This document shows, one piece after another, positions 9,148 to 18,100 of a stretch of 64,000 bases of DNA. Location of the stretch: NCBI GenBank assembly GCA_965229095.1, contig OZ245855.1, positions 2,765,931-2,829,930 on the forward strand, in the 5' to 3' direction. Origin of the DNA: Edaphocola sp. Lineage in GTDB: Bacteria; Bacteroidota; Bacteroidia; Chitinophagales; Chitinophagaceae. Below the pieces are notes generated by a model. That model worked only from the letters and a program-made list of their open reading frames with translations, was not told the DNA's origin and made no database searches. The stretch's first letter is position 1. Every line of letters starts with the position of its first letter. Both the position numbers and the translations under genes were made by a program.

Positions 9148-10650
9148 TTATTGCGCCCGAACCAGTAGCTTGCTGCGCTCCAGCTCTTTCAACTGCTGCT
9201 CCAGCTCTTCCCTTACCTTTTTGTAGGCAGGGTCGTAAGCGAGGTTAGTCGTTTCCAGCGGGTCGGCTTTAAGATCATATAATTCGTACTGGTTGGCATA
9301 CGAGCCCATAGCATCGAAATAGTAATCATATTTCCAATCTTCAGTCCTGATACAGCGGATACGGTTGGCTGCTTTTACCGCCGACCACATATTGTTGGAA
9401 CCCGCCTTCGTATCATCGAAAGTAAACAGGATACTGCTTTGTACTGCTTTGCCCTCTGCCATAACCGGCACCAGGCTCGTACCCGCAAGGTTGGAAGGCG
9501 GGCTTTGCACATTGGCAATTTCCATGAGCGTAGGCATAATATCCACCAGGGTGGCCAATGCATCGGACTGCTGCCGCTTGCCGCCGCCAAACAGTACAGG
9601 ATTGGAAAATACCATGGGCACCTTTATAGCCTCCTCATAAGCCACAAACGTTTTTTGCCGGAGCCCGCCATGCGCCAGCCCCATCTCTCCATGATCCGAA
9701 GTTTGGATCACGATCGCCTGGTCGGCCAGTCTGCTGCCTTCAACTTCGCGGTATAACTCTTCCACGAAATAGCCAATTTCCTTATCGACATGCGTTTGCA
9801 GGTAGGCGTAGAAATTGACATAATTCAATTGTTGTTCCACATCGGTTAACCGTCCTAGTCCTGCGGCCATAGTGAGCAGGATAAGCTCCTGTGCCAGGGG
9901 CTTTTTACTCTCCAGCAGGTTTTCATTGATCGTAGCCGGCAGGCCTACATCCCTTCCCGACCAGGTAGAGGAATGATAACCATAGGTACCGGCTGTATTA
10001 GGATAAGCCAATACATCATGCGGATTCACAAGCGATAAGATAAGGCAATAGGGAGTAGTATCGCCTGAAGCGCGCCTAGCCCTTACCCGTTTCAGGTATT
10101 TGATCGCCTGTGCTACATATTTGGCGTCATGATTGGCAAAGCCTCCCCCAAAATTCAAAGGATTCACATCTTCACCGGCATCGGGGGCTTCCCAGCCCAT
10201 AGCCCCGTACAGCGCAATATCTGCATCGGCAAGCTGATCGTAATTAGTGTTGGAACCATTGGCAGCCACACCCTTGCTCATATGCCATTTGCCCCGGTAT
10301 TGTACATCATATCCTGCATTCCACAACGTATTCATAATAGTGGGTACCGTATTGCTCAGGGTTTGCTCGGCAGGCGACAACGGGCCTCCTTCAGTAAGCG
10401 TTTGGCTTACCCCATGAATAGCCGGGTAAGTGCCCGTGAACAAGGTAGCACGGCTCGGTGAGCACATGCAGGTATTGCAAAATGCCTTGTTGAAAGTAAA
10501 GCCATTCTTCTTCAGGAAACTAAGGCTGTGCAAGTTTGCCTCTTCCCATCCTTTCGGATAATTCTCAGTAGGTGTGGTTTGCTCGTCGGTGATGATGAGA
10601 ATAATGTCGGGCTGCGCCCCAAGCTGCCCGAGGGTTTCTTTGAAACTCAT
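9148..10650 (-). CDS. Cys-type sulfatase (arylsulfatase family)
   Basis: Formylglycine signature CMCSPSRATLFTG. N-terminal metal-binding IILIITDEQ. SDHGEMGLAHGG is also present. I prefer the ATG at 10650 (MSFKETLG...). No signal peptide is visible. Confidence 0.9.
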   Translation of the reverse strand: MSFKETLGQLGAQPDIILIITDEQTTPTENYPKGWEEANLHSLSFLKKNGFTFNKAFCNTCMCSPSRATLFTGTYPAIHGVSQTLTEGGPLSPAEQTLSNTVPTIMNTLWNAGYDVQYRGKWHMSKGVAANGSNTNYDQLADADIALYGAMGWEAPDAGEDVNPLNFGGGFANHDAKYVAQAIKYLKRVRARRASGDTTPYCLILSLVNPHDVLAYPNTAGTYGYHSSTWSGRDVGLPATINENLLESKKPLAQELILLTMAAGLGRLTDVEQQLNYVNFYAYLQTHVDKEIGYFVEELYREVEGSRLADQAIVIQTSDHGEMGLAHGGLRQKTFVAYEEAIKVPMVFSNPVLFGGGKRQQSDALATLVDIMPTLMEIANVQSPPSNLAGTSLVPVMAEGKAVQSSILFTFDDTKAGSNNMWSAVKAANRIRCIRTEDWKYDYYFDAMGSYANQYELYDLKADPLETTNLAYDPAYKKVREELEQQLKELERSKLLVRAQ

Positions 10651-10914
10651 AGTGTTTGTTTTAAATGTTTGGTGGTTAAATCTGGTTAAAGCGAAGCACC
10701 TGTTCCGGCTTACTTCAGGGAGCAAAATAGTAATATTTCCTATAGCTAAAGAACAATCGTAAATATTTATGTGTGAAATATTTACACCCTATTCCCGCAA
10801 GATAACCTTTGAGAAACATATACAAGTTAGCAGGTGCACCTGGGAGTCCGGGTAGGTAAAGGTGAAGGATGTTCCCTAGCAGGGTAAACATTCCGTCAGC
10901 AACAAATACTCCGG

Positions 10915-11604
10915 TTACTGAAGGGCCTTTCGCCGCACCAACCATTTTATATATACCCAGGCCAGTGCAGGCGATGCCAATGCCTGGAACAGAAATACAA
11001 ACAGGGATAACAAACCCTGCAATTGATTGGCATTTGCTTTTATAAAAACCTGCTGTCCCAGCGGACCGTTTGAAAAGACAACTATATTAAAGAGGTTCCA
11101 GCCCAAGTGAAGCCCAACAGGCAGGTACAGCGATGATGTTTTTGCAAAACCATAAGCCAGTACCCATCCGAAAATGCCGGTCATGAGAAACAGGAACATC
11201 ATTTGCAAAGGATTGCCGAAGGCATTATAGGAAAACCAATGGTAGATGCCGAAACAAACCGCAGAAGCGATACAGGCAGCCCGTGTACCCCATTTCGTAA
11301 TAGCTATATAAAGCAAAGCACCCCTGAAAAGCAGTTCTTCGAACAGCACCGATTTTATTACCCACCAGAGCCCGGTCAACAACACAGGTATGGTCACTTT
11401 GGGGTTTAGTACCCAGCTATTACCGGCAAAAGCAGTTGCCATGACTTGATATATAGTACAGCAAATGGCCGCCAGGAAAAGACCGGCCAACCCGTTTACC
11501 CCATTGCTTTTCGTGGGCTTCAATCCTAATACGGAAAGATTGTTCCCGTCGAAGAAACGGAGCAGGAACCAGGAAACAATAAGTTCAACTATGATGCCAA
11601 TCAT
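10915..11604 (-). CDS. CPBP family intramembrane metalloprotease (CAAX/Abi)
   Basis: Polytopic membrane protein with the diagnostic FEELLFRG motif and the downstream FGIYH and GLHLGWN motifs. Confidence 0.9.
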   Translation of the reverse strand: MIGIIVELIVSWFLLRFFDGNNLSVLGLKPTKSNGVNGLAGLFLAAICCTIYQVMATAFAGNSWVLNPKVTIPVLLTGLWWVIKSVLFEELLFRGALLYIAITKWGTRAACIASAVCFGIYHWFSYNAFGNPLQMMFLFLMTGIFGWVLAYGFAKTSSLYLPVGLHLGWNLFNIVVFSNGPLGQQVFIKANANQLQGLLSLFVFLFQALASPALAWVYIKWLVRRKALQ

Positions 11605-11688
11605 CCTGTTGTGAAGTCTATTACCAGTACAAAGATCGTCTTACGGTTACTGCTACCTGGCCTTGTTATGCGTCCTGTTGACGCAATA

Positions 11689-12447
11689 TTAGTTTCTTAT
11701 AATTTTCCCACCTTCCATCATCAGGTGCTCCCCGTCTTTCAGCACGGTTATCGTGACCTCCGGCATGCTCTTGCTTCTTATCTCGTTAACCGAGATGACA
11801 TAAGCATACTCTTTGTTCTTAAAGGTAATGGTATGATTACCGCCGCTTCCCTGGAATTCCAGGACACCGTTTTCCAGCACCAGGTCAGGTTCGCTTTTCT
11901 TGTGTTTGACTTTCCAGGAAATATACCTGAATTTATTTCCCGGTTTTTCATCGATTCTTATGTTGTAATTCCGGGTAACAATGCGATAGACCGGCTTTTC
12001 AAAATCCCGGAGCACCGGCGGCAGCTCTTCTTTACTAGCTGTTATAGCTGCGGCAAGCAGCCGCTTCTCTTGCTCCGATTGATAATTGACCGTCATTATT
12101 TTTCCCTCATCATCGATCCAGATGGTACCCCTGTCCAACATAATGCCCCGCCAGCCCACTTCCGACCAATCTCCTATTTTCGAGGTTGCGATATGGCCGA
12201 CCAACCACTTATCAAATATTTCGTCAAAGCGTCGTACTAGTTCCTCTTTGCTTTTTACATCCTTCAACGGGTACTCCCTCCTTAAAGGAAAACGAACCAG
12301 GCCGGCGATCTTCGTTTTGTCCTTTGTTTTGATAATGCGTATAAGCTTATTGACTGCCTGCTCCTGTTCATTCTTTAAGGTGCTTTGCCCGGAGACGGCT
12401 GTCTGCAAGCCAAACAAAAGGCATAAAATAACAAGCCGGCATTTCAT
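11689..12447 (-). CDS. Hypothetical secreted protein
   Basis: ORF 11689..12495. I prefer the ATG at 12447 (MKCRLVILCLLFGLQTAVSGQ signal peptide). No recognisable domain. Confidence 0.7.
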   Translation of the reverse strand: MKCRLVILCLLFGLQTAVSGQSTLKNEQEQAVNKLIRIIKTKDKTKIAGLVRFPLRREYPLKDVKSKEELVRRFDEIFDKWLVGHIATSKIGDWSEVGWRGIMLDRGTIWIDDEGKIMTVNYQSEQEKRLLAAAITASKEELPPVLRDFEKPVYRIVTRNYNIRIDEKPGNKFRYISWKVKHKKSEPDLVLENGVLEFQGSGGNHTITFKNKEYAYVISVNEIRSKSMPEVTITVLKDGEHLMMEGGKIIRN

Positions 12448-12582
12448 GATTATGGACGAAAATATAGGGTTAAACCGGCAAGGTACCGAAGCCATTTAAT
12501 TTTTGCAAAAATCAATTGGCTGTCCGGGATGTTGCGTACATTTATCTTTAGCAAAAATGCTGCAACAAACCGGGAAAACAAT

Positions 12583-13341
12583 ATGAAAGTCCTTTTAAAA
12601 ACGTTGATGATCATTTTATGCACGATACCTGTTGTACATGGCAATGCTCAGAAAAAAGCGATATTTACGCCCAAAGTAGTGTATCAATCTGATGATCTAA
12701 TCATAACCCAGATATCGGAAAACTCATTTGAGCATACCTCCTATTTACAAACACAGGATTTCGGGAATGTTCCCTGCAACGGCCTGGTGGTGACCAATAG
12801 CAAGGAAGCCATTGTGTTTGACACACCGACCAACGACACCAATACAGCGGAGCTGATCCGATGGTTAAAAGATTCCCTCCACTACAAGATAAATGCCATT
12901 ATCCCTACTCATTTCCACAATGATTGCCTGGGCGGGCTAAAAGCATTTCATAAAGAGCATATCCCTTCCTATGCCTATTTCAAAACGATAGCATTGGCCA
13001 AAGAAAATAATTTCACCGTTCCTCAAAATAGCTTTAATGATTCCCTGGTGCTCTATGCAGGCAGCAAAAAAGTCATTGCCCGGTTCTTCGGGGAAGGGCA
13101 TACGAAAGACAATGTGGTCGGCTATTTTCCCAGCGAAAACATTATGTTCGGTGGTTGCCTGATCAAAGAGATCGATGCCACAAAAGGCTACCTGGGCGAT
13201 GCCAATGTTGCTGCCTGGTCCGGTACCGTTGAAAAGGTTAAAAAAGAGTATCCAAACGTAAAAATCATTATCCCGGGGCATGGCGATTACGGGGATAAAA
13301 AATTACTCGATTATACGATCAAGCTGTTTAAAGCAAAATAA
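12583..13341 (+). CDS. Subclass B1 metallo-beta-lactamase
   Basis: All B1 zinc-ligand motifs are present in order: HFHNDCLGG (H116-x-H118-x-D120), GEGHTKDNVVGYFP (H196), GGCLIKE (C221), IIPGHGDYG (H263). The signal peptide begins at the ATG at 12583 (MKVLLKTLMIILCTIPVVHG). Confidence 0.9.
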   Translation: MKVLLKTLMIILCTIPVVHGNAQKKAIFTPKVVYQSDDLIITQISENSFEHTSYLQTQDFGNVPCNGLVVTNSKEAIVFDTPTNDTNTAELIRWLKDSLHYKINAIIPTHFHNDCLGGLKAFHKEHIPSYAYFKTIALAKENNFTVPQNSFNDSLVLYAGSKKVIARFFGEGHTKDNVVGYFPSENIMFGGCLIKEIDATKGYLGDANVAAWSGTVEKVKKEYPNVKIIIPGHGDYGDKKLLDYTIKLFKAK

Positions 13342-13419
13342 CGAAAGCCGCGCCCCTGCATATCACCGCAGCCTGCCGGCTGTGCGGTATTTTATTCACG
13401 AACAAACGACATAAAAAAA

Positions 13420-13773
13420 ATGAACAACTTTGCAACACTACAGGAGCACGACGATCAAGCCTCTGTTTACTTCAATATCGAAGCCGATGAGGTGATGGCG
13501 ATCGGCGATCAAATGGCAGCCATTAACGAGCAAGCCTATATGAACGGCTATAATTGGGAAGCATTCCTCAACCGGTATTTACAGGTTAACCACCCGGAGC
13601 TATTGGAAGGACTGGATACCGATCCTGAAGCGGGAACCTATGTTGCGCTCTACGATAACGCCGACCGGGACAAAGCCAGCCGGCTTGCGGGTGTTATCAA
13701 CGGACTGATCCATAGCCCTGATGCTATTTACCGTTTCCTTAAAGAAAATGGCGGGGAAATTGAGTGGGATTGA
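13420..13773 (+). CDS. Small acidic cytoplasmic protein, possibly an Imm51-like immunity protein
   Basis: 117 aa with clean coding character. The motifs MNGYNWEAFL...P.L...DTDPEAGTYVALY resemble what I recall of the Imm51 family. This assignment is from memory only. Confidence 0.55.
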   Translation: MNNFATLQEHDDQASVYFNIEADEVMAIGDQMAAINEQAYMNGYNWEAFLNRYLQVNHPELLEGLDTDPEAGTYVALYDNADRDKASRLAGVINGLIHSPDAIYRFLKENGGEIEWD

Positions 13774-14036
13774 TACGCTTCTATCAATAGCAACAGACCT
13801 GTACCCGCTTTACAGGTAAAAGGATTTTGCTGCAGGCCAGTCGACCTCGCTTGTTACACAGAGTCTGTGTGTGCAGGATCAAGTCGCGGCTTCGCCCTTC
13901 TACTGTAAAACCACCTTAGACCGTGTCATCCTGAGGTCTCCAAAGGAACCGAAGGATCTTGATCGCTACAGAATGTAAAAGTACCCAAGACACCGGATGA
14001 AGCTTACGCTACACAGACTATTCAGCAGGACAAAGC

Positions 14037-14402
14037 TCATTCAGCCTTAGTCAATCCCCGGTGCTTTTTGCCCCATGCTTCCAACTGTGAGATAATCGGG
14101 ACAAGTTCTTTCCCGATGGTAGTGAGTTCGTATTCGACACGTGCAGGCACTTCTGCATAAACCCTCCGCTTCAGCAATTTGTTTGTCTCCATTTTACGCA
14201 GTTGCAGGGAAAGCATCCGTTCGGTTACCCCGGGCAAGTGTTTATGCAATTCGCCAAAACGAAGCTTGCCGTTGATCAGATGACAACATATCGCCAATGT
14301 CCATTGCCCCGCAATAAGATGGGAAGCATATACTTCGTTGCACTCCGCCATCAATTTTTGCTTGTTTTCATTATTGGTCGAGGCTTCCTTGATTTTAGCC
14401 AT
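14037..14402 (-). CDS. HxlR-family winged-helix transcriptional regulator
   Basis: About 120 aa with typical HxlR core motifs (GQWTLAICCHLINGKLRFGELHKHLPGVTERMLSLQLRKMETNKLLKRRVYAEVPARVEYELT). Confidence 0.9.
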   Translation of the reverse strand: MAKIKEASTNNENKQKLMAECNEVYASHLIAGQWTLAICCHLINGKLRFGELHKHLPGVTERMLSLQLRKMETNKLLKRRVYAEVPARVEYELTTIGKELVPIISQLEAWGKKHRGLTKAE

Positions 14403-14465
14403 ACTTACATTTTTGTGCGTTCATTACAATCGGGTGCTAAATTACCAATAGGTCTGCAACATCGA

Positions 14466-14473
14466 TACTTTTG
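14466..14473 (+). promoter_or_regulatory. Bacteroidota -7 promoter box TAnnTTTG
   Basis: TACTTTTG is a perfect match. Its TTG is the ORF-track start at 14471, and the ATG at 14495 lies 22 nt downstream. Confidence 0.5.
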
Positions 14474-14494
14474 GATTGTCTAAATAATAGTGAA

Positions 14495-15028
14495 ATGGAA
14501 CAGACTTTGGTAATCATCATACATCCCGACCTGGAAGGATCGATCGTAAACAGGCAATGGATGGAGGCATTGAAAAAACATCCTGAAAAATTTACCCTGC
14601 ACGACTTGTACGCTGCGTACAAAGACGGAAAAATCGATATTCAGAAAGAGCAGCAGCTATTGGAAGCTCATCATAAAATAATATTTCAATTTCCATTCTA
14701 TTGGTTCAGCTCGCCTCCCCTGCTGAAACAGTGGTTGGACGAAGTATTGACCTACGGCTGGGCTTATGGAAGTAAAAGCGGCTATAAGCTGAAAGGGAAA
14801 AAGATCGCCCTGGCCATCAGCGCCGGGATCGATGAAAAAGAATACCGTAAGGATGGCCAATACAGCTATACCCTGCAACAGTTGACGGCGCCATTGGAAA
14901 TTACTTTTAAATATGTAAAGGCCGACTATGCCGGGCTTTTTGCCTTTTATGGCATAGAGCATCATGCTACGGCAGAACGGGTAAAACAAAGTATCAGCGA
15001 TTACCTGGCCTTTGCAACTGCTTTCTGA
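14495..15028 (+). CDS. NAD(P)H dehydrogenase (quinone) / flavodoxin-like fold oxidoreductase
   Basis: The LVIIIHP...S..N N-terminus, FQFPFYWFSSPPLLKQWLDEV and the size match the NQO/KefF-like Flavodoxin_2 family. Divergent pairing with an HxlR regulator is classical. Confidence 0.85.
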   Translation: MEQTLVIIIHPDLEGSIVNRQWMEALKKHPEKFTLHDLYAAYKDGKIDIQKEQQLLEAHHKIIFQFPFYWFSSPPLLKQWLDEVLTYGWAYGSKSGYKLKGKKIALAISAGIDEKEYRKDGQYSYTLQQLTAPLEITFKYVKADYAGLFAFYGIEHHATAERVKQSISDYLAFATAF

Positions 15029-15077
15029 CAAGGGATAGGTTAGCTGATCTATAATAGACACGCTACCTCATAAAAAA

Positions 15078-15103
15078 GCTGGGGTTGCAGTTGCAACCCC
15101 AGC
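15078..15103. terminator. Hairpin terminator between convergent genes
   Basis: gctggggttgca / tgcaaccccagc form a palindromic stem, preceded by an A-run. Confidence 0.55.
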
Positions 15104-15127
15104 CTGACATAAACAAAACGGATTTTA

Positions 15128-18100
15128 TCAACGGGTAAGCAACAGCTTGCCTTGTTGTACCGTTATACCATTCTCCTTCATGACAACCTGATACATACCG
15201 GCGCCGTATTGCGACATCGGCAACACAAGTTCACCACGATCGGCGGTTACTGTATGTACCTGTAATCTCCTGCCCACGACATCGTACACCTCGATGTACC
15301 TGTCGCGGCTACCTTGGGTAAAGCCATAGACCACAGTAGTGGCTTCACGGGCAGGGTTAGGTTTCAATTGCATCATACTGCCTGCGGAAAGCCCGGTTCT
15401 TATCAAAGACAGTTCTGCAGAAGGCCTGTTTTCGATTGGTCTTCCACAGCCTTCGTTATCGATGTACATCGGATCGCTCTCCACTTTACAGTAGCCATTA
15501 TCCAGGAGCATGTTATAAGTATGCCCCGGCGTTGGGTAGTAAGGCGGCATCATGCCGTTGCCGCTGACAGAGACGTTTCCATCCTCCAACCATGCCCATT
15601 CCTGGAAAGGAACGATAGGTCCGATCATATACGTCTTTCCTAATCTCAGTCCGCAGAAGCAGCCTTTAGGGAAGATCCAGAGATAGGTTGCCGGATCCTT
15701 AGGTACATTGATCGTACTGAGATCGCTCTTACAGCCATTGGTATCGGTATAGACAACCTGGTAAGAGCCGCCCTGGTAGGTTTCTATGGCCGAGCCATAG
15801 CCACCATTGCTCCAGTTATAAGTACCTTCGGCCGGCCCGCTTGCGGTAAGGAATACCCTGTAAGGATCACAGGCGATATCAACACTTACTACAGGCGATG
15901 CAGGTGTGCTGTTCACAGTCAGCGGGAATACTCCGCTGGTCCGGCTGCAGCCGTTCAGGGTTACCGTTACGGTATAGTTATAATTACCGGGAGTGCCGAT
16001 ATTCTGTTCCAGTCTAGGTACAGAAGTAGGGATCAGCATACCGGGTGCAGCCCATACATAAGTAGCACCGGCAACCGAATCGGTTCTGAGTGTGAAAGGA
16101 ACATTGGCACATTGCTTGGTATTGCCAGTGATCGATGCTGCCGGCACTTGTTTGATCTCAACAGCTACGGTATTGGTTTTGGCAATGCAACCATAAATAC
16201 CAATAGCTTTGATCCAATAGCCGCCGGGATCCATAACAGCATAGCTGGAAGTAGGCGCCATGGCGCTGTACACTGCTGCATTTTCGCGGTACCAGGTATA
16301 GCTATTTGTAGGGAAGCCGCCTGTCGCAGGCACATAAGCAAGGTTGACAGCGGTGCCCTGGCATACCTGGTTAGGTGAAGCTGAAACCGTTCCTGTATAT
16401 GGATTGGCATTGGCGGTGATCAGTTTCGATTGGCTGCTGGTACAACCATACTTGTCGGTTACGGTAAGCGTTACCGGACTGTTGATATAAGGTGTAGTAT
16501 ACACTACGCCACCAGTGTAGCCCTGACTTTGCGCAGTACCATAGTTCCAAAGGTAGCTGAGGTTATCGCCTGTACTGTTGTTCCAGAAGTTGAAGGCATT
16601 GCCTACGCAGCCAACCGGATCGTCGTACGTATCGAAAGCGGCCACAGGGAACTGGGGCAAGGTAATGGTAACGCTGGTGGTACAAGCCGGGTGAAGCATA
16701 GCCGCATCCCGTATTACCATGTAATAGGTATTGGTAGTACCTCCGGCCACATTGGTGGAGGCGCTGAGACCGCTACCCAGGTTTACCCAGGACGAGTTGT
16801 AATAGGTCTGGTTAAGGGTAATTCCGGGATAGAGGCTGGAACGGTCGGCCAGGGTAACTTTATAGTTGCCGCCCGTTTGGTTACAAGCTATTTCATAACG
16901 CATATCGGCCATATAAGGTACCAATACTATAATAGCAGAATCTACAACGCAGGTATCGCCGGCATTGTTCCGGTAATAGGCCATGTAATCGAACTGGTAA
17001 TTGCCGGCCTGGGTAAAGGAAGCATTCAGGTTCGTCGCTGTAGGAGCGCCTACCAGGGTAGTGCTTGCCGGGTAAATCCATTCATAACTCATAACCGGGC
17101 CACTTACTGCCGCATGTACATTTATGTTACCGCAGTTATTGCTACCGGTGAGCACAATGGCCGGTGATATACCGGGGCCGCAAGGCGCCTTGGGGCAGCC
17201 GTTCTTGATTTGCACAATATTGGAAGTGCTGCTGCAACCATTACTGTTGCTCACCACTACGGAATAGAAGCCCAGGTTAGAAGTAGTGATCACCGGGCTG
17301 TTCGGGGCGGCAGGCGTCCAGGCAAAAGTATTGGAGCCGCCGATACCATTGGTGATGGTTGCTGTAAGCTGTTGCGTAAAGGCGCCGCAATGGGCAATCG
17401 GCCCTTCAGGCGATACATAAGCAACCGGGGCAGGTTTCACATAGATAGTAGGGCCGGCAGCGGTTACTGTACCCAGGCATCCGTTAGGATCCTTGATGGT
17501 TACCACCGGGTGGAAAGTTGCCTGGCTGCTGGAACCTGTCGTATTATAGACATGACCATACAATGTTGCAAAGGCGGGACCGTTGAATACCTCGGTACCA
17601 TTACCCCACTCCCAGGATACGGAAGTAGCAGAGGTTACAGGGTAGCTGGGCACGAGCTGCAATGTAATGGGCGAGCCGCTGCAGACTGTCGTATCGGACA
17701 GACCTGACCTCAGCTTTGCCATAACTGTAGGTACTCCACGCACAAATACTTTGATCGAATCGGTACGGTAAGTATTGCATTTTTTCACTTTCACATACAA
17801 GGTAGCTGTCGCACCCTGACCCGGCGGCACATTCCAAAGCACGGAGATAATACTTCCGGAGCCACCGCCCCACATACCCGCATTCGGATTGATAACGCTA
17901 CCCAGGTTAGCAGGCGAGATGCTCCATTCGTAGCTATCGCCTCCTGCATAGTTCAGGCTGTAATTCTGCGTGGTGCTATGACATACGGTATCAGGTCCGT
18001 AAACCTGCAAGGCAGGCAGCGGATCGGTAACCGTCATGCTGATCGCTGAAGATGCGCACTGGGCAGCATCGGTAGTGATACGTTTTACAGAAACGGTATA

